DNA of 64,000 nt from NCBI GenBank assembly GCA_951406725.2, contig OX597835.1, forward strand, positions 1,488,001 through 1,552,000. Direction: 5' to 3'. The DNA is from Octopus vulgaris (lineage: Eukaryota). The translations under genes were made by a program, and so were the position numbers. Positions 1-12,838 of this stretch are shown piece by piece (the stretch's first letter is position 1; each line of letters opens with the position of its first letter). The notes beneath the pieces are model-generated. The model did no database searches, was not told where the DNA came from, and saw nothing but the letters and a program-made list of their open reading frames with translations.

Positions 1-300
1 TCAGTAAGGCGACACTGGAAACGATCACGCTTGAATGGTGCTTTTTACGTGCCACCGGCACAGAAGCCTGTCAGCTGCTCTGGCAACGATCACGCTCAGA
101 TGGTGCTCTTAGAACTCCACTAGTATGGATGCCAGTCATCAAATTTGATTTCAATTTCACTCTCAACAGGTCTTCACAAGCAGAGCTTAGTGTCCAATGA
201 AGGAAAGTTACGCATAAGTGGGCTGGTTACACCCCTGGCATGGGCCATGGGTTGTGGTCTCACAAGCACAGCATACTTCCAAAGGTCTCAGTCACTTGTC
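1..300 (-). mobile_element. RTE LINE 3' UTR fragment
   Basis: GGTGCTTTTTACGTGCCACCGGCAC units and TCCAAAGGTCTCAGTCACTTGTC match the reverse complement of the RTE 3' end at 39700-40170 and 58655-59130. Confidence 0.7.
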
Positions 301-2448
301 ATTAGTCAATGTTAACTTAAATTGCAAATGGACTGAAACCATGACCGAGTATTACCATAGAGAAGTGTTGGATATGTTGTGCTTAATAAAGAGTGTTAGA
401 AGCAGACCAAGGAAGACATGGAGGAAAAAGCTCTGAGATTTGATTGGAGAATGGTTAGCTCTTACAGGTCAGGTGAAATGGTGATAAAAACAATGATGAC
501 AATGCTTTTCAGACAGTTGCTTTAAGCCGTTCTGAGATGAAGATCAATCATCTTAATTGCCGGCTAAGTATTCAAACCCTATCGATACTGTGCCAGATAA
601 GGATTAATTTCGTTCATATGATAATTCACGAACAGCTGTGGATGTTAAGATGCTAGCTACAAGACTGAACAATTTACTCTCAAATAGTTGTGCCTGAGTC
701 ATTGAAAAAATATTTTTGTCTCAAAAAACTTCAATATATTAGATAGTAATCATGAACTATCTAGAGCAGGGATAGGGAACCATTATAGTACCAGGGTCAA
801 CATATGCATAAGAGCCTGTGGGTGAGAGAGTACAACTGAACAGCGAAAAATAATCGTTACAAATTCCACCCAGACTCCTCTTCTCCCTTTCTTGCTAAAG
901 CAGCCATGTTATCACCTCTCTTTCCTACTTTAGCCTCTCAACACTTGGCACAAAACCACCATCACTCTATCAAGGGAACTTGTCTTACAATTTACTTCAT
1001 CTCACTAGTGTTGGTACAATGAAAAAAAAAGCACTCAATACATTCTGTAAAATGAGTGACCATTCAGGAGAGCACCCAGTTGTAGAAACCTTGCTGAAGT
1101 AGATATTGGAGTTCAACCACAGTCCTCTGGCTCTATGGATCTTGTTGAATCATCCGAAACATGTAAGCAGGGAATACAGATGTTGAATGATGATGAAATT
1201 TCTGAATATGTAACTTTTAAATTACTGTTTTGATCTTAAGATTGATTTTTAGAGTGTTTATCAGAGAGTGGTTTCAAAACAGAATATGAGTGAAATTACA
1301 TGGACAAAGGATTCCCTACTAATGTAGAGAGGTACAGCTCATCATCAGAGGTAGTATGGGAGACTGTCTGAATCCTTTCACAACCAAAAAACTTTGTTGT
1401 TCTTATCAAGAAAGTAGAATACAAACTTTTTGTCGATGAAACTTTTGATACTTCAACACTTAAGGTAGAACAATTTTTACAAGAATAAGAAAGGATTTAT
1501 CTAAATTTTTGAAGAGAAATTCAGAATCACAATAACGATTGAAAATTAAATATAGATTAAACTGTTTGGCTTTTTTTTTGTGCAGCTAGAACAAAACTAG
1601 GAGTCTGGGAATTTGCCCTCGAGGGGATAGAGTGAAGAAATTTCAGTTTTGAAAGCTAACAAACTCCTAACAAACTTTGACTTCTAAGCACAGCACAATC
1701 AAAGAATATTACTGGTCTCCAAAGTTCTGCAATTGCCATGGGCATAGCATCTTCCTTGAAACCAAATCATTGAGAGAAATCTCACAGAAAGTGAAGTTCA
1801 ACCAACTCCAATACTCTCAAATGCATCTTACCTCCATCAATAGCCTGAACTTATAGCTATGTGTCATGTTGTGAATTATTTTATATACTAACCATTACCA
1901 ACATATATACAAAACCTATTGACAGCATAAAAGCTTACAGTAGCAAGGAGACAAACCACTAGTTTTTGATACAAGCTTAATTTCTCTGCATTAAGTCTAA
2001 AATTCCCTCAAGCTTTTGTATAATAGCAGAAACTACAACACAACAAAAGTGACAACAGGAAAGGTTTTTAAATTCAATATAAATGTTTAATCAGTCTCTC
2101 CTGCATCCACTCTCTGTGTTTATCGATATTTACCAGAGAGGAAATGGTTAAGTGGCATATATAATGCTTAACGTTGTACATAGATTCCACGTAGAGTTTC
2201 AGAATGCCCTGCATTATATATTGTAACCTGGATGATGGGTGTGTGCAGATATATAATGTGTATTTTGATAAACTTCAAAAAATTCTCAACAGTGTCATAT
2301 CAGATTTACATGTTTAACTAAAACTGCGCATTTTCTATATTTTTACAAAACACAAAACAATTTAATGTAACAATCATATAATAAAAGTAACCGTATCTAC
2401 CTTAAAGTACTTTTATCATAACTATACTACAGAGCACTCCATATATCT

Positions 2449-2495
<47 letters not shown>

Positions 2496-4657
2496 ATGAA
2501 ATGTCATGACTAAGATATTTATGAAGTATCCACCAATGAAGAGAACATCACAGGAAAAGGAGAAATTAATGTTGTGTAGTGAAAAACAGTGGTCTGAACC
2601 GAAATCGGACAGTAAAGATGGATCAGCTCAGCGGGGACATCTCTGTTTACGCAGCAGATGATCGGACAGGCTTGGAGCATCAGCCAAATCTCCGTCTTTG
2701 ATAGTTGGAATATATTGGTTAATAATGCAATCCAACATTCCACTAAAAAGACGGGGCAGCAATGGCTGGAATGCCTTTGATCAAAGAAAGACCCACCCGA
2801 TCGGGGTTGGCCTGGAGTGGGGGCGGGTTATGTTATACAAAGCACAACAACAGGGAACACACACATAGCTCTTTCTCTGTCTCTCTCAATAGAATTTGTT
2901 ATCACGATCAAATGAAGGATAACAGCTATTTATATATATAAACACACGCGCGCGCGAAGATCGTGAGAAAAGGACATTTCTCACAGTCAAAATACTGTTT
3001 CGTTTGAATTAGGGAATTAAAACTTCACGAAATAAAACAATTTTTATACTAAAACAGCTCGATGACTAACAAATATCCCCCACACACACACAGTGCGACA
3101 CGGAAGAATTTCGCTATATTCTAAAAATAATGATTAATATCCATAAATAAGAAGAGATCTGGCGGTTATAAACCCGTCGCCTTTTTAATTGCTTCAACAA
3201 GAACACATCTGACATTGACAAATTTTCAGTTTCAAATCGATTTCTATAGGAATGATGATGCAAGACGAAAAAGCGAATGAGATTAGTATTGAACAGAAGA
3301 GAAGGCTGGAAATATTTAAAAACTAAGTCAGCCTTAACGATCAAGGGAAACCAATTCATACGTATAATAGGCTTGGATCAAAACTTGGAAACGAAGTCCT
3401 AAAAGTGAGGGATCGCTTTGCAGCTCAAACGCTTACATAAACTGAGCCCCGAGTTTGCATCCACGTGTGACTGAGAATGCATCAACTCTGTGTAAATATA
3501 TTTATGCTGGAGTTTTTCTTTCCTTCATCAACTTTTCTCCTAGAATATTTTTAGCAGTCTTTGCCCAGTCTATCCAGTACGAAATATCCATGGAGTGAAG
3601 CTGAATAGCATAAATAATAAGGGTCCCAGGGTAAGGAATGTGTATAATCGGTCGACATTTCAGAAATATCGGTCGGTCACTGGACACGGAAAAGTCTGGA
3701 ATAGCCAAAAGCAGGATAATGTTTTTGGTAGATCGTTGCAAGGTATTTAGAAATCACATCTTGTATTGGCAAAGAGAACGATAGCTGCGCAAAAGAAATC
3801 CTTCATCCTCAGCAGCAGCAAGATAAAGAAATTTACCATTTATTATGAAGCTAAGCTGCTGTTATTAGAACGAAGGATCATCATGGATATAATTACAACA
3901 TCCACTTTTAAGTGGGAATAGATATATATATCCACACACAAACGATAGATAGGAGAAAGAGAGAGAAAGAAGAATTGTGCTCGGATTCCACGATTCACTA
4001 ATTGTTCAGTCTTTGTGGCAAAGGAAATCGATCAATAAATCTATGAATGGTTGGCACCAGGTTGCAAGAAGGAAATGCTACAAAATAAACCGGCATGATC
4101 GTTTCTTATTCCGGCACACAGCGACGGATTGACTGGGAAAACCAGCTTCAAACCAAGAAACATTTTCGAAAGCAAACACAAGACTAAACACATTTCTATA
4201 TCTTTGCAAATTTGCTCCATTTTTTTCAAAAATACTTGTCCAATATAATAAATAGACATTACGAGATGTACTTTTCGGAGACGACGGATTCTCAGATATT
4301 TGTCGGTCAGATCAAACCATCTCCGATGTTGTTTAATAGCAAAATCCCTGATACAGTAAAAACCAGGTTTATATACACAAATGAACTTGTATTTACACAC
4401 ACATATATATATACACCTATGTGCACACAGTAAATACATACATATATATATATATATGAGGGAAACAAGAAATTCAACCAAGGTTATAGACACAAACGAA
4501 CTTATATATAATATATATATACACACACATATACATTATATCATCACATACAGTATATATATATACACACATACAGTATATAAATGTATGTATGTGTGTA
4601 TATAAGAGAGACACATATATGATGTGTCTGTGAGAGAAACAAGAGAGTTGAACTTAC

Positions 4658-4678
4658 GCTGGGCTTTCTTTTTGGCAT
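4658..4678 (-). CDS. Probable first coding exon (MPKRKPS) of an unidentified minus-strand gene running toward lower coordinates
   Basis: Minus strand reads agtcATG CCA AAA AGA AAG CCC AGC followed by a perfect GTAAGT donor (phase 0). It lies at the edge of a GC/CpG-rich non-repeat island (about 4700-5130). Confidence 0.6.
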
Positions 4679-4699
4679 GACTTGTAATGTTCCTATAGA

Positions 4700-5130
4700 T
4701 GAAGGGTTAAATGAAGGAGTGATGCGGCCTCAGAGCAGCGGCAGAAGCGGGGGGGAAGAAGCAGAGCAACGGCCGAGGCAGCCGTCGACATGATACAGCA
4801 ACAAGTTCTTTCGCCAAACAACACAACAAGACTGGCGGAATTTTGGAGCGACACGCAGCGCCATCTGCAGACCAAACACGACAACAACAAACAAGGGAGG
4901 AAACACGAGAATCGAACACAAAAACAAAGAAAAGAAGAAAAAAAAGAATATAATTAACCGGAAGTGGAAGGGAGCATTTATTGTAGGCTTGCACCACATA
5001 ATAAATGTGTAATCGGGGAGGTTTTATTGATTTTTAATTCCCTTTTATTTTTTTCTCTCTCCTCTTGAAAGTCGGTCGCTAGTTGAATCGCTGTGGTTCT
5101 CCACCGTTTCTTTATGTATGGATCCCCGTC
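4700..5130 (-). promoter_or_regulatory. GC/CpG-rich 5'UTR/promoter region with ETS (GABPA-type) site
   Basis: Locally GC-rich against an AT-rich background. CCGGAAGT at 4958-4965 and a YY1-like CAGATGGCGC on - near 4858-4867, upstream of the ATG at 4678. Confidence 0.5.
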
Positions 5131-5614
5131 GTTACTATTCTGCTGGATCCCATCCATAACCCCATAACCATTCGATCTTTAAAATATAGTTTTATAGACA
5201 TTTCTTTTCAAAATTGCTATTTTCTCTTTCACAAATCTAACCTGAAATATGTAAAACGTTAGAGAAACAAACTGATGGTGTCTCATCTAAAATATCATTT
5301 TTTTCAAGGACACTTAAATACTTCTGTAGATCCAAAATTTACTATTTTTTGCATGGAGATCCAAAAGTCTTACATGCATCCCCAGGGCTCTGATGACCCC
5401 AGACTCCGGTTGAGAACCTCTGGTTTAGCTCATCCGATTAAACCCTTGGTGGCTTTTCATCACCCTTTTCACCTTCTTATTTCAAATTCCGGTTTTTTTT
5501 TTGTCGTCTGTGAAATATTTGCTTCAGAAATTTTGTCTTTCATGCTATAGCATGTGATTTATTTGTGTATATATATAATAATAATAATAATTATTATTAT
5601 TATTATTATGTGAA

Positions 5615-5938
5615 GGCGCGTGGCTCAGTGGTTAGAGCGTCGAGCTTACGATCGTGAGGTTGTGAGCTCGAATCCCGGACCGGGCTGCGTGTTGTGTTCA
5701 TGAGCAAGACGCTTTATTTCGCGTTGCTCCAGTTCACTCAGCTGTAGAAATGAGTTGCGACGTCACAGGTGCCAAGCTGTATCGGCCCTTGCCTTTCCCT
5801 TGTGACGTGGGGAGGAGAGGCCGGTATGCATGGGCGACTGCTGGTCTTCCATAAAAACAACCTTGCCCAGACTTGTGGCTCAGAGGGTAACTCTCTAGGT
5901 GCAAGCCCATGGTCAGTGTCTGATCGAAGGGGGTCACA
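5615..5938 (+). mobile_element. tRNA-derived SINE
   Basis: Head GGCGCGTGGCTCAGTGGTTAGAGCG (A box) and GAGCTCGAATCCCGG (B-box-like), followed by a conserved body GTTGTGTTCATGAGCAAGAC. Related copies at 12420-12657(-), 21070-21322(-) and 51172-51400(+). Confidence 0.8.
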
Positions 5939-6095
5939 AAAAAAAAATTATTATTATGAGGTGGATTGTTTGAATTTACTATGCGTCGGAAAATAATGCT
6001 TTTGTGATAGTTCTTCCGACTGCATAACGAATTCAGTTCAAATTCTGCTGATGCCGACTTTGCTTTTTTCATCCTTTCGGGGTCGATAAAATAAG

Positions 6096-6276
6096 GGCAC
6101 CACTTAAATAAGGAGGTCCCGATGCATCTGCGTAACGATATGTTTTTACAGTGCGCCCTCGTTACGGTTAGTATTTAGCTTTTAGGGTTAGCTTAGTTAT
6201 GGTTAAGGTTACATAAATGCGTCGGGACCGTTGTATTTAAGTAGTACCGTTAAGGGACCTCTATTTAAGTAGCACC
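6096..6276. mobile_element. Small MITE with GG termini inserted into a SINE
   Basis: GGCACCACTTAAATAAGGAGGTCCCGATGCAT is inverted at 6217-6248, with a second right end at 6254-6276. Flanks AAAATAAG/AAGATAAG resemble an 8-bp TSD. Internal TTAGGG-like repeats. Confidence 0.6.
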
Positions 6277-6364
6277 AAGATAAGAACGGAACTAGTTGTA
6301 ATCAGCTTCCCTCGTTCTGCAACATTACTGACATTGTGCCAAAATTTAGAAACAGTTATTATTA

Positions 6365-6775
6365 AGTCGGTGAGCTTGGTCGAATTGTTAGCACTCCGGG
6401 ATATTTGCTTAACGGCATTTCGTCGGTGTGAGTTCAAATTCTGCCAAGGTCGACTTTGCCTTTCAATCCTTTCGGTATTGATGAAATAAGTACCAGTTGA
6501 GCCCTGGAATCGATTAATCGACTTAAACCCCTTCCCGAAATTGCTCACCTTGTGTCAAAATTTGAAACCATTATCATTATTATGGCAGAATCATTAGCAC
6601 GCCGAAAATGCTAGGCGACATGGCTTATAACGTTCTGAGTTCAAATTGCGCCGAGGTCGATTTTGCCTTTCATCCTTTCGGTGTCGATAAAATAAGTACC
6701 AGTTACGCACTGGGGTCGATGTAATCAGCTCACACCCTCATCCCAAGTTCCAGGCCTTGTGCTTTTAGTAGAAAC
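6365..6775 (+). mobile_element. Two tandem SINE copies (Meta-domain-like family)
   Basis: Shared core GAGTTCAAATTCTGCCAAGGTCGACTTTGCCTTTCATCCTTTCGGGGTCGATAAAATAAGTACCAG. Further copies at 12948-13165, 16340-16970 (three), 22340-22505, 24075-24215(-), 30528-30730, 51587-51800 and 58490-58655(-). Confidence 0.8.
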
Positions 6776-8745
6776 AATTTTCCTCTCCTCTTGAATTAGT
6801 TTGGTGATTCGTTTCAATTTAATGTTGTTGATATTACATTTTTATTGATTTCTAACAATGGCACAAGACTTATCAATTTTAGAGGAAGGCTGTAGACAGC
6901 TAAATCAACATACAGTTTCATTTGGTAGTTTATTTTTATCTTATCGGCCTTCTTCAAGGAAGGTTTGGAGGTAGAGTTAGCTTCCGCGGGGTTTTCTGTC
7001 AGAACATAAGCACAAAGCCTCAAAATTTAGCATTTAATTATATCACCTCACCGTCGCTTTCAACATGTCTAGTGCCCCCTTGGGGTAGTACCCCCCACGT
7101 TGAGAACCTTTGGTGTGAGCAATCAGCAGCGGTGCAATGAAATAACTTGCTTAAGGTTTTTACAAACATAAATAATTAAATTGATTTTTTTTTTCCCAAG
7201 GTTAAGAGAGTTCGTTGGAGCAAACCAAAAAATGACCTGATTCTATCGGCCCTGCAATTCTATAGAATCGACAAGGGATTGGCAAATTAATTCTGTCATA
7301 TTCAGCGTTTTTTTCCGTAAATAAACAGTGCTTGTAATTTTAGTTTTTTTTCATGTTGTTGGTGTTTATCTCTGGGTTAACCATGAAGTAGTAAATCTAT
7401 TATCAAAGATATTCTAGCTGTGACCATCCCATCTTTTTAGGGTATCTAGAACTACATTATCTAATGTTCGGTGTGATTTGTTTTAATAGGAAAGGGTGAT
7501 TTGAAGGAAATTCGGCTGTTATTTCTTGCTCAGTTCTTAGAGGTAAACCCATAAAGGTTCATTAAGTTATTAAAATAAAGGCAAGCGTTTAAAAGTCAAA
7601 ATTTTAGTTTGGAAAAAATAATGTCATGTTGATTTCTAATAATGGCACATTTTAAAATATTTGATCTATTTTAAAATAGATAAAATATTTTGGAATATTG
7701 TAAGTCGCCTTGTAAATGACATTACATGCATTTATTGACATACTTTACATAATGGCATTTCACTTATGGCAACAAAAAAAAGACGTTTTATTGAATAAAA
7801 CAGTGGATACTTTTTGGTTATCTCACCCCCATTAAAAAATTGGTGATATCTCTGAAGCAAAATTACATTAAATCAGTAAAAAATTTAACTAAGATTTTTT
7901 TCCCCTGTGACTTTTTGTCCCCGAGAATCAAAATTACAATGGTATATAAAATCTCTAACGGGACAGGAAATAAAGTCGCAGGAAAAAGTATTCAGTTTTT
8001 AAATATCTAGATTTCCAAGCCTACATGTATATGGTACTGTATATTTACTGTTGTGGTTATTTCATTTATCCTTTGACAAGCATATTGAGGGAAAAATTTA
8101 TTCGCTGAGGAGGTATAATAAGGCGAAAGCATGCTTGAAGTTATCTCCTGAAAAACGAAATTATTAAAATTAAAATAATAGTCATTCAGTTGTGTCTGGG
8201 GGGAGTTATTCTCTTTTAGTGTCTTATAATTTAACACACTCACCGGTAAAATTTCCACTTCAACACACGAACTCACACAAAGAATCTTGCAAACCAAATC
8301 CCAAAACGAAATAGTCATTCAGTTATTGTTATCTTTTTCACATTACATATTTATTACTAATGATGTTTTTAATGTTTACTACACTGACTTAATTATTGTC
8401 AGCATTCGGGTGGTCATGTTAAATTTTCAAAATATTTTGGATGGCTCCCATGTTTTCAACAACAAAGATTACAATTTTGAAATTTTTTTTTTAAAAAGCC
8501 CTCTCCCTCCACAGCTTTTCATATTTAAAAAAATTTCACCTGCCTGAAATTTTTGTTTTTAACTTTTTTGTGAAAACTTTGAGAATTCCACCTTCAAAAA
8601 TATGAAGATTACGATTCTGAAAAAAAAAAAATTATGGTTCAAAATTTCAATATTTTAATGCCAATTGCTTACAATAATCTTTCATTTTCATTTTCTGATT
8701 ATAAACTGAAAGAATACCGTTAATACCATTATTGTTTTTAATGAA

Positions 8746-9060
8746 TCATCATCATCATCGTTTAACGTTCGTTTTCCACACTAGCACGGGTTGGACGGTT
8801 CGACCGGGGTCTGGGAAGCCAGGGGCTGCATCAGGCTCCGGTCTGATCTGGCAGTGTTTCTACAGCTGGATGCCCTTCCTAATGCCAACCACTCCAAGAG
8901 TGTAGTGGGTGCTTTTTACGTGCCAGGGGAGTCTGGCATCGGCCACGATCGGTCGGTGCTTTTAACATGCCACCGGCACGGAAGCCAGTCAAGGCTGCGC
9001 TGGCATCGGCCACATTCAGATGATGCTTTTTATGTGCCACCGGCACAGAAGCCAGTCGGG
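8746..9060 (-). mobile_element. RTE-type 3' tail element with (GAT)n end
   Basis: (CAT)n followed by CGTTTAACGTTCGTTTTCCA...CTACAGCTGGATGCCCTTCCTAATGCCAACCAC. Same family at 42714-42900, 53225-53700, 59944-60180 and others. Confidence 0.8.
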
Positions 9061-10181
9061 GAATCATTAAATTTTTATGCCTTGTTGTGTACACAGTTGT
9101 ACATCTGTTTGTCGATTCTCTCATTGCTACTTTGGGTAGTTCAGTGAAGTTTCCGTTTTGCTGAAGAGGTGTATTAAGACTGGAACATGTTTAGGATTGT
9201 CTCTCAGACTTAATGCTCACAACGTTAAATATGTGGCAATGTGGTTAGGACATTTGCTTTGTAATCTCATGGTTTTAGGGTTCAATCCCATTGTGTGGCA
9301 CTTTTGGATGAATTTGGTAAATGGAAACTGAAAGAAGCCTGTCTCATATGTGTATGTGCATTTGAGTTTCCTTGTCTTGACCTTGCATAATGTCAATGAA
9401 TGTTATTAATCTCCAATATTCTGTGAAAACATGTTTGGCCATGGGAAGGAAATATTACCTTGCTTGGAAAGAGGAGAGAATTGGTAACAGGAAAGGTATC
9501 CAGCTGTAGAAAATGTCATAATGAAGTCCATCCGACACAAGCAATCATGGGAAAGTGAATATTAAAACGATGATGAATAATGACAATGCTCTGCCTTTCC
9601 AAATGTTCTTTCCTCAAAATATGGAATCACTTGCAAAGTATATTTTGTATATCAGGTTTTATTCTTTAATCCTTTAGCATTCAGATTACTCTGTTAAATG
9701 TAATGCTTATTGATTCATATTGTTTTGAATTAATCATGCATTATGTTGTAGCTTTGAGATTTCGATGGTGTGTTTGTTTAGCTTTAGAATGACATTGTAG
9801 GATAGGTGTAAGAGGTTGAATCTTGCCAGTTTGAACATAAAACAGTTGGAATATTTGAGCCGGATATGGCCGGTTTAAACATTAAAGGGTTAAGATAGCC
9901 TTGAGGAAATGGGAAGCATTCATAACCTCTCCAGACCATTCTGCAAACGTAAACTGAATGCTAACAAATCTTTGTAAGGCATTGAAATCATGTCTGTTGT
10001 TTATTCTTTGGTTTTGGTTTTCGTTGTTGGTTTCATTGTCTTTGTCCTGGGGGAGGTGGAAGAGAGAGAAAGCTTTATTAACAGACAAAGATTAGACAGA
10101 GAAGCAGATACTTAGAGTAGCAACAGAGTGAAATGGAGAGAGAAAGAAAAACAGGCAAGCAAACAGTAACAGAGAGGGAGG

Positions 10182-10650
10182 GGTACTTTTTGGTTATTTC
10201 ACCCCCATTAAAAAATTGGGTTATTTCCCCCATTTTACGAGAAATATTGGTACTTTTGGTTTTCTCCTTCAACTAAAAAAATTGTTTGACTCTCAATAAA
10301 ACAAATAGAAAAGAGAAAAAATTAATGGACATAAAAAGTGAAAAGACGAAACATCATTTTCAATTTGATAATATTTTTATAACAAATTTTTTCAAAACTG
10401 AAAAAATTCATAAACATAAAAATGGAAAAAGTTAAAGATTTTACTGAATCTGATGATATTTTTATAACCATTCATAGCCTGCCTATTGAGGTGGCCAAAT
10501 CTCAACAATATGTTGAAGTATTGAATCAAAAGGGTCTGACTCTTTTAATCCAATCTGATGTCGTCGCATTATCTTGATTTTTTTAGTGGGAAGATAACCC
10601 AGTTTTTTAATGGCAATTTTTTAATGGGGGTGAGATAACCAAAAAGTACC
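10182..10650. mobile_element. Non-autonomous DNA transposon (GG-ended TIRs, possibly Merlin-like)
   Basis: GGTACTTTTTGGTTATTTCACCCCCATTAAAAAATTG at the left end and its near-perfect reverse complement ending at 10650. Flanks GAGGGAGG/AAGTGAGG match 6/8. A further TIR copy at 7806-7842. Confidence 0.75.
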
Positions 10651-10767
10651 AAGTGAGGGAAGAAAGAGATAGTATGAATAAGAGAGGAGGAAAGATGATA
10701 CAGCACTTTAAAACAGAGGGAGGCATCAGAGATGTCATGAGATGAAGTAAAAGAGAGTGAGCAAAAA

Positions 10768-10963
10768 GGTGCTTTTTTCCTATGAAAATCCCTATTTTTG
10801 ACGATTTTTTGACTGCTGTGTCACCATTTTTTGGTGTATTTCAACCAGAAAAATGTTCACTTAAAGAGAATAACAAGCTACATAATGCAAAATTTTTACT
10901 TTTCAAAAATTCCAATTCTAAAGGGTCGAAACAAACCCGAGCAACGCCTGGCTATACTGCTAG
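10768..10963 (+). mobile_element. Helitron 3' end
   Basis: Subterminal GC-rich hairpin CCCGAGCAACGCCTGG (10936-10951), then CTAG (10960-10963) followed by T, the canonical Helitron 3' signature. The left boundary is approximate. Confidence 0.65.
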
Positions 10964-12419
10964 TTCCAATAACAAGTGTTCCAGTTGATCCGATCAATGG
11001 AACAACCTGCTCATGAAATTAACACACAGGTGATTGAGTGCTCCACAGACAAGCACAACCTTAACTTAGTTCTCAGGGAGATTCAGTGCAACACAGAATG
11101 TGATAAGGCTGTGATGATATTTTAAACCTTTTTTGATGTTTTATTTATTATTTTATACACATTTAAAAAAGAAACTGTTTATTCTTATTTTTAAATGATT
11201 TTTATTAAAATATTTTTTTGTTATAACCATCACTTCTTGCTGCAGGGATATACTCTAACATTTGGAAAGAGACTACAGTGTGTCCTATTCCCTGGCCAGG
11301 TTAAAGCCCATAGAGGCCCTAAGCACTTAAAAGATTGTGGTGCCCTCATATATAGGTATTTCAAATATAAATAATAATAATAATAAGTCGTAAAATAAAT
11401 TTCTGTTTCTTAAAACGAAACAAAATAATGTTTATTTTTGTATATTTCCATTTTATTCACATTTGAAACATTTTCTCCTAATCTTTTTAGTTGCAAAGAC
11501 TTTGATCTGATCCTCTCTGTGACACCATGAGCTCTTTGAAATTATATTCCTAATCATATAAATCACTTTGAATATTATTTTAGCAAGGTTAAAGTGATTT
11601 CTCTTATGTCATAAACCATTTACCATTTCTGTAGTGGCCACCTCCCATGATACCCGAAGCACATGCTTAATGCTGACTTATATGGTGACAATTTGCTCAC
11701 AATCTTTAAGATATAGTTATTAATCAAATTAAAACTAATAATAATGAATTTATGAGAAAGTTTCTCTTTTTCTGGAAATGTTTCACATGGATGCCACTAA
11801 AAACAGCAATAAAAAAGCCTAATTTTTGTGAAAAATCATTGGCAGATAGTTTCTGTTGTCAGTTTGACATTTACATTGATGGAACTATTCAGAACTTATC
11901 TGATAATTAAGGCTGTAAATTAATTTGCTGGCAGCAATTTAGCTGGTTTAACGTGTGTTGTATTTAAGATGTAAATAGACGAGTAGAATTAAGTATTATT
12001 GCATAACAACTAGACAGCATTTATTAAGTAAAGATTAAAATGATTTAAGTCCTAAGCTGTCGATGTTTTTGTTTCAATTGCATTTTGTTGTTTGCCCGAA
12101 CCAGATTTCACAAATTTTAATGTAAATATAAAGATGTTCTAAATATTCAGCAGGTTTAGAAGGTTCAGCCCTGGGTTACATTACATGATATTTTTTTCTG
12201 ATTACATTTTATGGTTTTCCCAACAGCTCAGGAAATGGAAGACAACAGAAAATTAAGTATATTACTATCAAAACCGTCCTCCAGGCAATCTTTCTACTAG
12301 TCATTATAAAAAGGATATAAAATACCACACACACACTCACACACGAATATATACACACATACATACATACATATATATATATATATGTATGTATATATCA
12401 TAAATAAAAAAAATGTGTC

Positions 12420-12657
12420 CTTTTAAAGCCTAGCCAGGCTCATGGGCCTGGTTTTCCGGTTTCTATGGCTATATGTTCCCCAGCTGGACGGGATGCCAGT
12501 CCTTCGCAGCGTTATTCATTTTTGCCAGCTGAGTGGACAGGAGCAACATGAAATGAAGTATTTTGCTCAAGAACACTACGTGTAGACCGGTCCAGGAATT
12601 GAAACCATAATCTTACGATCATGACGCTGACACCCTAACCACTAAGCCACGTGCCTC
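12420..12657 (-). mobile_element. tRNA-derived SINE
   Basis: Reverse complement of the 51172-51400 copy (GGCACGTGGCTTAGTGGTTAGGGTGTC head). Confidence 0.8.
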
Positions 12658-12674
12658 TACATATATATATATAT

Positions 12675-12838
12675 ATGACGGGCTTCTTTCAGTTTCCATC
12701 TACCAAATTCACTCACAAGGATTTGGTCAGCCCGAGGCTATAGTAGAAGACACTTGCCCAAGGTGCCATGCAGTGGGACTGAACCTGGAACCATGTGGTT
12801 GGTAAGCAAGCTAATTACCACACAGCCACTCCTATGCC
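12675..12838 (-). mobile_element. SINE of the abundant 'GCAGGCGTGGCTGTGTGGTAAGAAGCTTGCTTCC' family
   Basis: GGGCTTCTTTCAGTTTCC...CACTCACAAGG...AGACACTTGCCCAAGGTGCC. Copies at 9235-9345, 13795-13950, 21940-22095, 32355-32490, 44258-44400, 48688-49030, 53725-53885, 54220-54340 and 54780-54935. Confidence 0.8.

Noticed and set aside
5615-5690. tRNA-like sequences (also 21250-21322, 51172-51240)
   Set aside because: They are SINE heads continuing into repeat bodies; no complete cloverleaf acceptor stem is evident.
11290-11700. Possible hAT transposon remnant
   Set aside because: Only a weak FATKKIRR-like word on - and no matching termini; too decayed to call.
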